Shown one piece after another: positions 39,504-50,665 of a stretch of 64,000 nucleotides of DNA. The stretch is from contig CBDBGH010000003.1 of NCBI GenBank assembly GCA_965205265.1, forward strand, positions 3,296,001-3,360,000. Reading direction: 5' to 3'. The position numbers and the translations under genes are program-made. Below the pieces are notes generated by a model. That model ran no database searches. It worked only from the letters and a program-made list of their open reading frames with translations, and was not told the origin of the DNA. Position 1 is the stretch's first letter. Every line of letters starts with the position of its first letter. Origin of the DNA: Alphaproteobacteria bacterium (lineage in GTDB: Bacteria; Pseudomonadota; Alphaproteobacteria; Bin95).

Positions 39504-41321
39504 ATGAACACACAAGCGCAAGGCACGAGGTTCGTCGACAGGCTGGGGAAGGTGTACGCGCTGTACACGCTGGGCTTCCTCGCCTTCTTCGCCCTCATGG
39601 CCATTATCGAGCAGTTCGGCGTCGGCGCCAGGACCATCGGCGTGCTGTTCCTGCTCTTCACCCTCGCGATCTACGCCACCATCGGCTGGCTGTCGCGCAC
39701 CATGCAGGTGGATGCCTATTACGTTGCGGGCCGGGAGGTCCCGGCGCTCTACAACGGCATGGCCACGGCGGCGGACTGGATGTCCGGCGCGTCCTTCGTG
39801 GCGCTTGCCGGCGGCATCTATTTCGGCGGCTACCCCTATCTCGGCTTCGTGATCGGCTGGACCGGGGGATACGTGCTGGTCAATGCGCTGATGGCGCCCT
39901 ATCTGCGCAAGTTCGGCTGCTACACGGTGCCCGACTTCATCGGCACCCGCTACGGCGGCAACCTTGCGCGGTTCTGCGCGGTCTTCGTCCTCGTGGTCGC
40001 GTCCTTCACCTATGTGACGGCGCAGATCAACGCCACGGGCACGATCGCCGCCCGGGCGCTCGACATTCCGTTCGAGGTCGGCGTGTGGTTCGGCCTGCTG
40101 GGCATCCTGCTCTGCTCCATGCTGGGCGGCATGCGCGGCGTGACCTGGACGCAGGTGGCGCAGTACATCGTGCTCATCATCGCCTATCTGGTGCCGTTGA
40201 TCTGGATGTCGAACGAACAGGGCTTCGGCATCATCCCGCATTTCGGCTACGGCGACGCGGCGCAGCGAATCCAGGAACTGGAAGCGCAATACGGACTGCA
40301 GCCGGCGGCCGAGGCCGTGGCGGGGCTGAGAGTGCTGACGACGCCGCACTTCGACCCGCAGACCTCGCTCGACAGCTGGAAGTTCGTCACGCTCGCGCTC
40401 GCCATGATGGCCGGCACGGCGTCGCTGCCGCACATCCTGATGCGGTATTTCACGACGCCGTCGGTGCGCCAGGCGCGCAAGTCGGTCGGCTGGTCGCTGT
40501 TCTTCATCTTCCTGCTGTATTTCTCGGCGCCGGCGCTCGCTACGCTGACGAAGCTGCAGCTGCTGGACCCGACGCTTGCAACCGCGGTGGTCGGCAAGGC
40601 GGTGGAGGACGTGATGGCGCTCGAGTGGATCCAGAACTGGGCCCATGTCGGCATGCTCGCCGTGCAAGACCAGAACGGCGACGGTATCGTGCAGCTGAAC
40701 GAGTTCTTCATGCGGCCCGACATCGTTGTGCTGGCCACGCCCGAGATCGCCGGCCTGCCCTATGTGATCTCCGGCCTGGTCGCAGCAGGCGGCATGGCGG
40801 CGGCCATGTCCACCGCCGACGGGCTGCTGCTGGCGATCGCCAATGCGCTCAGCCACGATCTCTACTACAAGATCATCGACCCGCAGGCCGATACGCGCCG
40901 CCGCCTGGTGGTGGCCCGCGTGTTGCTGGTCGGCATCGGCGCGCTGGCGGCCCTGGTGGCTTCGCTGCAGCTCACCGGCATCCTGGGCGCGGTGGCATGG
41001 GCCTTCTGCTTCGCCAACTCGGGGCTGTTCTTCCCCCTTGTGCTCGGCATCTGGTGGAAGAGGGCCAACCGGGAGGGCGCCATCGCCGGCATGATCGCCG
41101 GCTTCGCGGCGGGCTCCATCTACCTCTGGTGGACCTATACCACCGGCGAAACCTGGCTTGGCCTCGACCATCTGCGCTTCGGCATCGTCGGTATGCCGGT
41201 CTCGCTGGTGGCCATGGTGGTGGTGTCGCTGATGACACCGGAGCCGGATGCGGAAACGCAGGCCATGGTGGACGAAACCCGTATCCCGACGGGCGATTCC
41301 ATCCTGGCCGAGACGCATTGA
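39504..41321 (+). CDS. Sodium:solute symporter (ActP-like, VC_2705 subfamily)
   Basis: YYVAGR, NGMATAADWMSGASF, GTASLPHILMRYFT, AAMSTADGLLL. Confidence 0.93.
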   Translation: MNTQAQGTRFVDRLGKVYALYTLGFLAFFALMAIIEQFGVGARTIGVLFLLFTLAIYATIGWLSRTMQVDAYYVAGREVPALYNGMATAADWMSGASFVALAGGIYFGGYPYLGFVIGWTGGYVLVNALMAPYLRKFGCYTVPDFIGTRYGGNLARFCAVFVLVVASFTYVTAQINATGTIAARALDIPFEVGVWFGLLGILLCSMLGGMRGVTWTQVAQYIVLIIAYLVPLIWMSNEQGFGIIPHFGYGDAAQRIQELEAQYGLQPAAEAVAGLRVLTTPHFDPQTSLDSWKFVTLALAMMAGTASLPHILMRYFTTPSVRQARKSVGWSLFFIFLLYFSAPALATLTKLQLLDPTLATAVVGKAVEDVMALEWIQNWAHVGMLAVQDQNGDGIVQLNEFFMRPDIVVLATPEIAGLPYVISGLVAAGGMAAAMSTADGLLLAIANALSHDLYYKIIDPQADTRRRLVVARVLLVGIGALAALVASLQLTGILGAVAWAFCFANSGLFFPLVLGIWWKRANREGAIAGMIAGFAAGSIYLWWTYTTGETWLGLDHLRFGIVGMPVSLVAMVVVSLMTPEPDAETQAMVDETRIPTGDSILAETH

Positions 41322-41347
41322 CGGCAGACCGGCCTTCAGGCGCTGAC

Positions 41348-41373
41348 GGAGGCGGGGCTTCGGCCCCGCCTCC
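41348..41373 (+). terminator. Strong GC hairpin with UUCG loop after the symporter (no U-tract)
   Basis: GGAGGCGGGGC-TTCG-GCCCCGCCTCC, perfect 11-bp stem. Confidence 0.55.
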
Positions 41374-41405
41374 AGCCGCGCCGGCACCTCTTTCAGCGAG
41401 GCGGC

Positions 41406-41768
41406 ATGGATAGCCTCGCGCATACGCTGCCCGGCTGGGTGGTGCTTTTCGACTACGTTCTCGGCATAGCGATGTGGACCCTGGTCGGCCGCTCCGCCAT
41501 GAACATCTTTCTTCCCGTCACCTCCGACTTCTTCTTCATGAAGGCCTTCGTGAAGATGACGGACCCGATCCTGCGCGTCTTCAAGCCGGTGACGCCGGGC
41601 TTCCTGATCGACCCCGTCGTGCCGCTCTATGTCGCCTGGTTCTTCTTCCTGTTCCGCTTCTACGCCATGCCCTGGCTTCTCGGCTATTCGGTGCTCGGCA
41701 TGCTCTCCTTCCCGCTCGAAGGCGAGGTCGCCGCCATGCTCTACGACATCTTCGGCAGCGGCCTGTAG
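41406..41768 (+). CDS. Small membrane protein associated with the symporter (YggT-like)
   Basis: DYVLG..MWTL.GR, TDP.L..F...TP pattern; hydrophobic. Confidence 0.7.
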   Translation: MDSLAHTLPGWVVLFDYVLGIAMWTLVGRSAMNIFLPVTSDFFFMKAFVKMTDPILRVFKPVTPGFLIDPVVPLYVAWFFFLFRFYAMPWLLGYSVLGMLSFPLEGEVAAMLYDIFGSGL

Positions 41769-41802
41769 GGGCGTTCTTTCGGCGTCGGGAAGAGGAACCG
41801 CA

Positions 41803-42669
41803 ATGGTCCGCGCCGTCCTCCTGTGGCTTCCCCTCCTGCTTATGGGCGGACCGCTGGAGGCGGAGCCCTACAAGGGCTTCCCGCGCGGCCACGCGCTCAT
41901 TACCGCGGCCGACCTGAAATCCCTGCTGGACGGGCGCGGACCGAAACCCGTCGTGCTTGCGGCAGTCGGTCGGGTGCCTTGGCTGGTCGGCCGCATTCCG
42001 GGCGCGCGCCGCGTCCTGCGCCGCGCCTATACGGACCGCGACGGCATGGCGGTGGACCGGGCGCGTTTCCAGGCCTTTGCGCGCGGGCTCGGCATAGACG
42101 ATGAAACTCCCGTAGTCGTCTATGACAACACCTATGACGCCGCGCGCCTCTGGTGGCTGTTCCGGCTCTACGGGAAGACCGATGTGAGGGTGCTGGACGG
42201 CGGCTGGCGGGCCTGGGACGAGGCGGGCTACGCGATCGAGCGCGGCCCCGGCCGGGCGGCTCCCGATGCCGGGAACTTCACCGCCGTGCCCGCGCTCGCC
42301 GGTTGGACGGCCGGCTTCGATGAGGTTGCGCAAGCCCACCCGGAGGCGGGAACGCACCTCTGGGACGCGCGCGACATCCCCGAGTGGAAGGGAACCGGCC
42401 CCATCGGCGAAGCCCGCTTCATCGGCTGGCGCGCCTTCCGCAAGGCAGACGAGGGCCGGCCCTCGGAGTTCCGGACCGCCGCCGAAATCGGCGCTTTGCT
42501 CCGGCAGTCGGGCTTTGGGCCGGACCGGGACCACATCTTCTACTGCCATTCAGGCGTGCGCGCCGCCACGCCGATGTTCGCGCTCTACCTTATGGGCTAT
42601 CCCGAGGAGCGCTTGCATCTCTATGACGGTTCCTGGATAGAATGGAGCCGGCGGGCCCGGAGGAATTAG
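41803..42669 (+). CDS. Exported two-domain rhodanese/sulfurtransferase
   Basis: Signal peptide; AARLWW, VLDGGWRAW, active-site loop YCHSGVRA, LYDGSWIEW. Confidence 0.88.
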   Translation: MVRAVLLWLPLLLMGGPLEAEPYKGFPRGHALITAADLKSLLDGRGPKPVVLAAVGRVPWLVGRIPGARRVLRRAYTDRDGMAVDRARFQAFARGLGIDDETPVVVYDNTYDAARLWWLFRLYGKTDVRVLDGGWRAWDEAGYAIERGPGRAAPDAGNFTAVPALAGWTAGFDEVAQAHPEAGTHLWDARDIPEWKGTGPIGEARFIGWRAFRKADEGRPSEFRTAAEIGALLRQSGFGPDRDHIFYCHSGVRAATPMFALYLMGYPEERLHLYDGSWIEWSRRARRN

Positions 42670-42763
42670 GCAGACCCGCAGCCTGCGACCGATTGCGCCG
42701 GGGAGTGGACAAGCGCAGCGAACGCGCTATGATTTATGCTGCACTGCAACAAAGGAGCGAGCG

Positions 42764-43951
42764 ATGAACGCGGATCCGGTCGTCATTGTGGGCATGGCGC
42801 GCACGCCGATGGGGAGTTTCCAGGGCGTGCTCAAGGAGGCAACGGGGCCGGAGCTCGGCACGCGCGCGATCACCGGCGCGCTCGAAAGCGCCGGAGTGGC
42901 GGCCGACGATGTGGACGAGGTGATCCTCGGCTGCGTGCTGCCGCACGGCCAGGGCCAGGGCCCGGCGCGGCAGGCGGCCATCCACGCGGGAATCCCGAAT
43001 TCGGCGGGCGCCACCACGATCAACAAGCTCTGCGGCTCCGGCATGAAGGCCACCATGCTGAGCCACGACCTGCTGCTCGCCGGCACCAACGATGTCATGG
43101 TTTCGGGCGGCTTCGAGAGCATGACCAACACACCCTATCTGCTGGACAAGGCACGGGCCGGGATGCGCATGGGCCATGGGCGCGTACAGGACGCCATGTT
43201 CCTCGACGGCCTGGAGGACGCCTATGAACCGGGCGCGCTGATGGGCCATTTCGCCGAGGAGACGGCGCGGCACTTCCAGTTCACCCGTGAGGAGCAGGAC
43301 GAATTCGCGATCCGCTCGCTGAACCGCGCCCGCGCCGCGAACGAGGACGGCACGTTCGCGGGCGAGATGGTGCCGATGACGGTGAAGACGCGGCGCGGCG
43401 AGTCGGTCGTCGAGCAGGACGAACAGCCTTTCACCGCCAATATCGAGAAGATTCCGGGCCTGAGGCCCGCCTTCGCCAAGGATGGCTCCGTAACGCCCGC
43501 GAACTCATCCTCCATCTCTGATGGCGCCGCCGCGCTGGTGCTGATGCGACGGTCGGAGGCGGAGCGCCGGGGGCTCGCGCCGCTCGCCACCATCGTGGCC
43601 CATACCTCCCACAGCCAGGAGCCGCGCTGGTTCACCACCGCGCCCGTCGGTGCGATGCAGAAGCTGTTCGAGAAGACCGGCTGGGACAAGGACGAGGTCG
43701 AGTTCTACGAGATCAACGAGGCCTTTGCGGTGGTGCCGATGGCGGCGATGCGTGAGTTCGCCCTGCCGGCGGACAAGGTCAACGTCCATGGCGGCGCCTG
43801 CGCGCTGGGCCATCCGGTCGGCGCATCGGGCGCGCGGATCGTGGCGACGCTCATCAACGCCATGCAGAAGAACGGCGCGAAGAAGGGCGTCGCGGCCATC
43901 TGCATCGGCGGCGGCGAAGCGACCGCCATGGCCATCGAACGCGCGGCGTGA
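42764..43951 (+). CDS. Acetyl-CoA C-acyltransferase (thiolase)
   Basis: NKLCGSGM, NEAF, GHPVGASG, CIGGG. Confidence 0.95.
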   Translation: MNADPVVIVGMARTPMGSFQGVLKEATGPELGTRAITGALESAGVAADDVDEVILGCVLPHGQGQGPARQAAIHAGIPNSAGATTINKLCGSGMKATMLSHDLLLAGTNDVMVSGGFESMTNTPYLLDKARAGMRMGHGRVQDAMFLDGLEDAYEPGALMGHFAEETARHFQFTREEQDEFAIRSLNRARAANEDGTFAGEMVPMTVKTRRGESVVEQDEQPFTANIEKIPGLRPAFAKDGSVTPANSSSISDGAAALVLMRRSEAERRGLAPLATIVAHTSHSQEPRWFTTAPVGAMQKLFEKTGWDKDEVEFYEINEAFAVVPMAAMREFALPADKVNVHGGACALGHPVGASGARIVATLINAMQKNGAKKGVAAICIGGGEATAMAIERAA

Positions 43952-44327
43952 CCCGCAGGCTCATCTCCTCCGGCGGCCGCTATGAGGCGGCCGCCGGCTA
44001 TTCCCGGGCCGTGGTGCTCGGCGGCTGGGTGCATGTCGCCGGCACGACCGGGGCGGACCCCGGGACAGGGGCGATTCCCGAGGACGTCGTCGAGCAGGCG
44101 CGGCTTGCCTTCGGCATTATCGGGGCGGCGCTGGCGGAGGCCGGAGCCGGTTTCGAGGATGTGGTGCGCGTCACCTATTTCCTGACCGATGCGGGCGATT
44201 TCCCGGCGCTCATGCCGGTGTTCGGAGAGATATCCGCCCGGCCGCCACGGCGGTGGTCGTCGCCGGGCTGGTCGATCCCGCCATGAAGATCGAGATCGAA
44301 GTCACGGCCCAGTGCCCACGGCCCTGA
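43948..44327 (+). pseudogene. RidA-family protein with a -1 frameshift near 44229
   Basis: GYSRAVV..VAGTTG..EDVVRV..VFGE in one frame; DIRPAATAVVVAGLVDPAMKIEIEVTA continues in the -1 frame to TGA 44327. Confidence 0.8.
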
Positions 44328-44983
44328 TTACCGGCGCGGCGCGCGGCATCGGCCGCGCGCTGGCGGGCGGCTATCTCGCCGACGGCTGGCGGGTGCTGGC
44401 GGTGTGCCGCGACCCGGCGGCGCTGGCCGGACTCGACGGCATCGCCGATGCGGCCCGCCTCGATGTGACGGACGACGAGGGCATTGCCGCGCTCGCCGAA
44501 CGCTGGCGGGACGAGCGCATCGACCTGCTCTGGAACAATGCCGGCGTGGATTCCCCCAACACCCGCTCGCTTGACCGGCTCGACACGGAGGAATGGGCCC
44601 GGTGCCTGCGTGTCAACACGATAGCACCGGTGGCGGTCGCCGCCGCATTCGCCCGCCATGTCGCGGCAAGCGAGCGGCGCACCATGGCGTTCGTGACGAG
44701 CCAGCTGGGCTCGATTTCGCAGGCGGCGGGCGTGCGCCGCTATGCTTACAGCAGTTCGAAGGCGGGGCTCAATATGGCGGCTCGCACGCTCGCGCTGGAG
44801 CTGGCGGGCCGGGTGCGCGTCGCGATCCTGCATCCCGGCCATGTCGCCACGGACATGGGCGGCCGGCACGCTCCGGTGACGGCGGAGGAAAGCGCGCGCG
44901 GCATGCGCCGCATCGCCGAGCGCCTCACCGACCGCCAGTCCGGCGCCTTCCTCGACTGGCGGGGGCGCACGATCCCCTGGTAA
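44312..44983 (+). CDS. Short-chain dehydrogenase (CsgA/C-factor-like)
   Basis: GTG start; TGAARGIG, NNAG, YSSSK, HPGHVATDMGG. Confidence 0.9.
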   Translation: MPTALITGAARGIGRALAGGYLADGWRVLAVCRDPAALAGLDGIADAARLDVTDDEGIAALAERWRDERIDLLWNNAGVDSPNTRSLDRLDTEEWARCLRVNTIAPVAVAAAFARHVAASERRTMAFVTSQLGSISQAAGVRRYAYSSSKAGLNMAARTLALELAGRVRVAILHPGHVATDMGGRHAPVTAEESARGMRRIAERLTDRQSGAFLDWRGRTIPW

Positions 44984-45016
44984 GGGCTGCGGCACAGATC
45001 AATCGTCGCCGCCAGC

Positions 45017-45499
45017 TCAGGCGTAGTCGATCTTCACGATCTCGTAGTAGCGCGCGCCGCCGGGCGCATCGACCTCGATCTGGTCGCCGACGGACTTGCC
45101 GATCATGGCCCGCGCCAGCGGCGAGGCGATGGAGAGCCGGCCCTGGGCGACGTCGCTCTCGTCCTGGCCGACGATGCGGTAGCAGGATTCCTCGTCGCTC
45201 TCCTCGTCCACCACCGTTACCTGCGCGCTGAACATCACCTTGTCGCCTGAGACCTGGGAGGGATCGATCACTTCCGCCCGCGAAACCTTGTCCTCAAGCT
45301 CCGCCATGCGGCCCTCGATGAAGGACTGCCGGTCTCGGGCCGCGTGGTATTCGGCATTCTCGGACAGGTCCCCGTGCTCGCGGGCCTGGGCGATGGCCTG
45401 GACGACGGCAGGCCGCTCGACCGTCTTCAGCCGGCGCAACTCCTCCTCCATCCGGCGATAGCCTTCAGGCGTCATCGGCACCTTGTCCATCTCAGCCAT
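45017..45499 (-). CDS. greA: Transcription elongation factor GreA
   Basis: AREHGDLSENAEYHAA, SPLARAMIGK. Confidence 0.96.
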   Translation of the reverse strand: MAEMDKVPMTPEGYRRMEEELRRLKTVERPAVVQAIAQAREHGDLSENAEYHAARDRQSFIEGRMAELEDKVSRAEVIDPSQVSGDKVMFSAQVTVVDEESDEESCYRIVGQDESDVAQGRLSIASPLARAMIGKSVGDQIEVDAPGGARYYEIVKIDYA

Positions 45500-45521
45500 T
45501 TCCCTTGCGCAAAAGCTACAA

Positions 45522-48500
45522 TCAGAGCCGGAACGACCCGTCAAAATAGGATTGCAAAGGGGCTACTTCAAGGCGGGCGGCCTCGACCGCGGCGATGGCG
45601 CGGGCCGCCGCGTGCGCGCCCGCGAGGGTGGTGAAATAGGGCACGCGGCGGTTCAGGGTCTCACGGCGCAGGCTGTAACTGTCGCGGAGCGCGGCCACGC
45701 CCTCGGTCGTGTTGACGACCAATTGCACCTGCCCGCTCTTGAGGGCGTCCACGATATGCGGCCGGCCTTCCAGCACCTTCTTGACGACATCGACCTCCAG
45801 CCCTTCCGCCTGGAGCGCGCGGGCCGTGCCGCCGGTCGCGATAAGCCGGAAGCCGCTGGCGGCGAGCATCCGCGCCACCTCGACCGCGCCCGCCTTGTCG
45901 CTGTCGCGCACCGAGACGAAGGCGGTGCCGCCGCCGGGCAGAGTCACCCCGGCGCCCAGCTGGGCCTTGGCGAAGGCGCGGGCGAAGTCGGTGTCGATGC
46001 CCATGACCTCCCCGGTGGATTTCATCTCGGGGCCGAGCACGGTGTCCACGCCGGGGAAGCGCGCAAAGGGGAAGACAGCCTCCTTGACCGCGATATGCCG
46101 GCTCGCCTTCGGCCGCGGGAAGGCGGCGAGCGGCTCGCCGGCCATCAGCCGCGCGGCGATCTTGGCAACGGGAACGCCCGTGGCCTTGGCGACGAAGGGA
46201 ACGGTCCGGCTTGCGCGCGGGTTCACCTCCAGGATGTAGATCCGGTCGCCCCCGGGCCCGTGCGTGACCGCGAACTGCACGTTCATCAGGCCTATCACGC
46301 CGAGCGCACGCGCCAGCGCCTCTGTCTGCCTCTCGATTTCGGCGACGGTTTCGCCGGCGAGCGAGTGGGGCGGGAGTGAGCAGGCGGAATCGCCGGAATG
46401 CACGCCCGCCTCCTCGATATGCTGCATCACGCCCGCAACGACGACAGTCCGCCCGTCCGAGAGCGCATCGACATCCACTTCGGTCGCATGGCGCAGATAG
46501 CGGTCCACCAGCACCGGGCTCGCGCCCGAAACTTCCACCGCAACCCGGATATAGCGGTCAAGCGCGGCCCGGTCGTGGACGATCTCCATCGCCCGCCCGC
46601 CGAGCACATAGGAGGGCCGGAGCACCACCGGATAGCCGATACGCTCCGCAATCGCTGCCGCTTCCCCGGCGGAGGCCGCGACGCCGTTTTCCGGCTGGGT
46701 GAGCCCGAGCTCCAAGAGCAGGCCCTGGAAACGCTCGCGGTCCTCGGCGAGATCGATGGCGTCCGGCGAGGTGCCGAGTATCGGGATGCCCGCCTCCGCC
46801 AGCGCCGAGGCGAGCTTGAGCGGCGTCTGCCCGCCGAACTGCACCACGGCGCCGACCAGCTCCCCGCGCGCACCCTCGACCCGGGCGACCTCGATGACGT
46901 CCTCGGCCGTCAGCGGCTCGAAATAGAGCCGGTCCGCGGTGTCGTAGTCGGTCGAGACGGTCTCCGGATTGCAGTTGACCATGATGGTCTCGTAGCCCGC
47001 CTCGCTGAGCGCCAAGACGGCATGGACACAGCAATAGTCGAATTCGATGCCTTGGCCGATACGGTTGGGACCGCCGCCGAGAATCATGATCTTCCGGCGT
47101 TCGGCCGGGTCGGCCTCGCACTCGGCAGGCACGAGGCCGTTGCCCTCCCAGGTCGAATACATATAGGGCGTTGCGGAGGAGAACTCGGCGGCGCAGGTGT
47201 CGATGCGCTTGTAAACGGGTGCCAGGCCGAGCGCGCGGCGCCGGGCCGCGACCTCGCCTTCCCCAAGCCCTGTCAATTCGCCGAGGCGCGCATCGGAAAA
47301 ACCCAGCCGTTTCAGCGCCTGGAGGCCCTGCGCGCTCTCCGGCAGGCCGGATGCCCGCAACTCCTCCTCGGCGCATACCAGCGCCTCAATCTGTTCCAGG
47401 AACCAGGGGTCGAACTGGCAGGCCTGGCGGATGCGCTCCCGGTCGAGGCCGTGGCGGAAGGCCTGGGCGATCACCAACAGGCGGTCGGGCCTGGGCTCGG
47501 ACAGCAGCTGTACCATTTCGTCCGGCTGCGGCGCGCCCGGAATCTCGATCTCGTTGAGGCCGGTCAGCCCCGTCTCCATGGACCGGAGCGCCTTTTGCAG
47601 CGATTCCGCGAAGCAGCGCCCTATGGCCATCGCCTCGCCGACCGATTTCATCGAGGTGGTAAGCAGCGGCTCGGCGCCGGGAAACTTCTCGAAAGTGAAG
47701 CGCGGCACCTTGGTCACGACATAGTCGATGACCGGCTCGAAGGAGGCGGGCGTAGTGCGCGTGATGTCGTTCTGCAGCTCGTCGAGCGTGTAGCCGACGG
47801 CCAGCTTGGCCGCCACCTTGGCGATGGGGAATCCGGTCGCCTTCGAGGCCAGCGCCGAGGAGCGCGAGACGCGCGGGTTCATCTCGATCACGACCAACCG
47901 GCCGTCCTTGGGATTGACGGCGAATTGCACGTTCGATCCGCCGGTATCGACGCCGATCTTGCGCAGGCACGCGATCGAGGCGTCGCGCAGGACCTGATAT
48001 TCCTTGTCTGTAAGCGTCAGGGCCGGCGCCACCGTCACCGAATCGCCGGTATGCACGCCCATCGGATCGACATTTTCGATAGAGCACACGATGATGCAGT
48101 TGTCCGCCCGGTCGCGGACCACTTCCATCTCGTATTCCTTCCAGCCGAGCACCGACTCCTCGACCAGCACCTCGCCGACGGGCGAGGCGTCGAGGCCGCC
48201 CTGCACGATGTTCTCGAACTCCTCCGGATTGTAGGCGACGCCGCCGCCCGTGCCGCCGAGCGTGAAGGACGGGCGGACGATGAGCGGCAGGCCGATCTCC
48301 CGCATGGCACGGCGCGCCGCATCCATGTCGCCCACCAGCGCGCCGCGCGGCGTGTCGAGGCCGATCTCATGCATGGCGTCGCGGAACAGCAGTCGGTCTT
48401 CGGCCTTGGCGATCGACGCCCGGTCGGCGCCGATGAGCTCGACCCCGTAGCGTTCGAGCACGCCGTTTTCATCAAGCGCCATCGCCGTGTTCAGCGCGGT

Positions 48501-48779
48501 CTGCCCGCCCATGGTCGCAAGCAGCGCATCCGGCCGCTCACGCTCGATGACCCGCTCAACGAGTTCCGGCGTGATCGGCTCGACATAGGTCGCATCGGCC
48601 AGGTCCGGGTCGGTCATGATGGTCGCCGGGTTGGAATTGACCAGCACGATCCGGTAGCCCTCCTCCCGGAGCGCCTTGCAGGCTTGGGTGCCCGAATAGT
48701 CGAATTCACAGGCCTGGCCGATGACGATGGGCCCGGCGCCGACGATCAGGATGGAGCCGATATCGGTGCGTTTAGGCAT
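45522..48779 (-). CDS. carB: Carbamoyl-phosphate synthase large subunit
   Basis: [24 protein letters not shown]; duplicated ATP-grasp domains; MGS domain. Confidence 0.98.
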   Translation of the reverse strand: MPKRTDIGSILIVGAGPIVIGQACEFDYSGTQACKALREEGYRIVLVNSNPATIMTDPDLADATYVEPITPELVERVIERERPDALLATMGGQTALNTAMALDENGVLERYGVELIGADRASIAKAEDRLLFRDAMHEIGLDTPRGALVGDMDAARRAMREIGLPLIVRPSFTLGGTGGGVAYNPEEFENIVQGGLDASPVGEVLVEESVLGWKEYEMEVVRDRADNCIIVCSIENVDPMGVHTGDSVTVAPALTLTDKEYQVLRDASIACLRKIGVDTGGSNVQFAVNPKDGRLVVIEMNPRVSRSSALASKATGFPIAKVAAKLAVGYTLDELQNDITRTTPASFEPVIDYVVTKVPRFTFEKFPGAEPLLTTSMKSVGEAMAIGRCFAESLQKALRSMETGLTGLNEIEIPGAPQPDEMVQLLSEPRPDRLLVIAQAFRHGLDRERIRQACQFDPWFLEQIEALVCAEEELRASGLPESAQGLQALKRLGFSDARLGELTGLGEGEVAARRRALGLAPVYKRIDTCAAEFSSATPYMYSTWEGNGLVPAECEADPAERRKIMILGGGPNRIGQGIEFDYCCVHAVLALSEAGYETIMVNCNPETVSTDYDTADRLYFEPLTAEDVIEVARVEGARGELVGAVVQFGGQTPLKLASALAEAGIPILGTSPDAIDLAEDRERFQGLLLELGLTQPENGVAASAGEAAAIAERIGYPVVLRPSYVLGGRAMEIVHDRAALDRYIRVAVEVSGASPVLVDRYLRHATEVDVDALSDGRTVVVAGVMQHIEEAGVHSGDSACSLPPHSLAGETVAEIERQTEALARALGVIGLMNVQFAVTHGPGGDRIYILEVNPRASRTVPFVAKATGVPVAKIAARLMAGEPLAAFPRPKASRHIAVKEAVFPFARFPGVDTVLGPEMKSTGEVMGIDTDFARAFAKAQLGAGVTLPGGGTAFVSVRDSDKAGAVEVARMLAASGFRLIATGGTARALQAEGLEVDVVKKVLEGRPHIVDALKSGQVQLVVNTTEGVAALRDSYSLRRETLNRRVPYFTTLAGAHAAARAIAAVEAARLEVAPLQSYFDGSFRL

Positions 48780-49932
48780 GGGCATCCATCATGTCGGCGA
48801 AGCGCCGGAACAGGTAATGGGCGTCCCTGGGGCCCGGGGAGGCTTCCGGATGGTACTGCACCGAGAAGATCGGCCTGCCTTCCGCCCGCAACCCTTCCAC
48901 CGAACCATCGAAGAGCGAGCGATGCGTCTCGACCACCCCCGGCGGCAGGCTTTCCCGCAGCACGGCAAAGCCGTGGTTCTGGCTGGTGATCTCCACCTTG
49001 CCGGTTTCCAGGTCCTTGACCGGATGGTTGGCGCCGCGATGGCCGATAGCCATCTTCGCCGTGCTCGCGCCCAGCGCCAGCGCGAGGATCTGGTGGCCGA
49101 GGCAGATGCCGAAGATCGGCTTGCCGCTCTCGATCAGGATGCGGACGGTTCCGGTTGCATAGGCCCCCGTCGCCGCCGGATCGCCGGGGCCGTTGGCGAG
49201 GAAGATGCCGTCGGGCTTGAGCGCCAGAATCGCGTCCGCCTCCGTTTCGGCCGGCACGACCGTCACAGCCGCGCCAAGCTCGGCCAGGCAACGCAGGATG
49301 TTGTGCTTGACGCCGTAATCCACGGCGACGACATGGCGCGACGGGTGCTCCAGCCGGCCGTAGCCGCGGCCGAGCGCCCAGCGGGTCCGGTTCCAGCGAT
49401 ATGTTTGCCGGCAGGTGACTTCCCGCGCGAGGTCCATGCCCTCCAGGCCCGGCCAGGCGGCGGCACAGGCGATTGCGGCGTCGGTGTCGATGCGGCCGTC
49501 CGGGGCATGGACGACAACGCCGCTAGGCGCGCCGGCGTCGCGGATGCGCCGGGTGAGCGCGCGCGTGTCGATACCGGCGACGCCGATCAGGCCGCTGCCG
49601 GCGAGCCAGTCATTCAGCCGGCGCGTCGCGCGGAAATTGGAAGGTCCGGTCGGGTCCATGCGCAAAACGAGTCCGCGCGCGGCCGGCGCGTCCGACTCCA
49701 CATCCTCGCCATTGGCGCCGACATTGCCGATATGCGGGAAGGTGAAGGTGACGATTTGCCCGGCATAGGACGGGTCGGTCAGGATTTCCTGGTAGCCGGT
49801 CGGCGAGGTGTTGAAGCAGACCTCGCCCACCGCCTCGCCCTCCGCGCCGAAGCCTTTGCCCCAGAACACGGCGCCATCGGCAAGGACCAGGGCGGCCGTG
49901 GCACCGTCCGGTCTGGGGTCTTGGATAACCAT
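48772..49932 (-). CDS. carA: Carbamoyl-phosphate synthase small subunit
   Basis: [42 protein letters not shown]. Confidence 0.97.
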   Translation of the reverse strand: MVIQDPRPDGATAALVLADGAVFWGKGFGAEGEAVGEVCFNTSPTGYQEILTDPSYAGQIVTFTFPHIGNVGANGEDVESDAPAARGLVLRMDPTGPSNFRATRRLNDWLAGSGLIGVAGIDTRALTRRIRDAGAPSGVVVHAPDGRIDTDAAIACAAAWPGLEGMDLAREVTCRQTYRWNRTRWALGRGYGRLEHPSRHVVAVDYGVKHNILRCLAELGAAVTVVPAETEADAILALKPDGIFLANGPGDPAATGAYATGTVRILIESGKPIFGICLGHQILALALGASTAKMAIGHRGANHPVKDLETGKVEITSQNHGFAVLRESLPPGVVETHRSLFDGSVEGLRAEGRPIFSVQYHPEASPGPRDAHYLFRRFADMMDAHA

Positions 49933-50189
49933 TGGATTACTAGCTCGTTTGCGCCGGGCAACGGTCGGAGACCCTTGACGACGGAAGTCGGGAATACATA
50001 ATTTCCGCTGTCCGGGGCATGTTCCAACCGCCAAGGGGATAAGCGGGCGGACAGCCTGTGTCAAGGCGTGCACCAGCAGGAGAAAACTTCTAATTCAACA
50101 CGTTACGCCGTGTATGCGGCGTTTTGTCGTGAAGCTGTCACAACTCGCGGCGGGGTACCGGCCGCGACCTGGAAGAGCGGGAGACTTCC

Positions 50190-50645
50190 ATGCGGGCGCA
50201 ATTGAACGAGGCATTGAAGGAATCCTTGCGGGCCAAGGATGTCATGACCTTGCGAACGGTCAGGCTGATTCTGGCCGCGATCAAGGACCGTGACATCGCG
50301 GCGCGCGGACAGGGCAATGCCGACGGCATCGGCGATGCCGAAATCCGGGAGCTGCTGCAAAAGATGGTCCGTCAGCGGGAGGAGTCCTCCCGCTATTACG
50401 AGGAGGCAGGCCGGCTCGACTCGGTGGATGAAGAACGGCGCGAAATCGCCGTCATCCAGAGATTCCTGCCTGCCAGGCTCGATCCGGATGCGCAGATTGC
50501 CGCGGTGAACGCCGTGGTCGGCGATCTCGGCGCCTCGGGCATGCGCGACATGGGGCGCGTCATGGCCGAGCTCAAGCGGCGCTATGCAGGCCAGATGGAC
50601 TTCGGCGAGATCAGCCGGACGGTCAAGGCCGCGTTGGCGGCCTGA
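50190..50645 (+). CDS. GatB/YqeY domain protein
   Basis: RLILAAIKDRDI, KMVRQREES, DMGRVMAELK. Confidence 0.92.
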   Translation: MRAQLNEALKESLRAKDVMTLRTVRLILAAIKDRDIAARGQGNADGIGDAEIRELLQKMVRQREESSRYYEEAGRLDSVDEERREIAVIQRFLPARLDPDAQIAAVNAVVGDLGASGMRDMGRVMAELKRRYAGQMDFGEISRTVKAALAA

Positions 50646-50665
50646 CGGCGGGCCCGGCGCACCGG

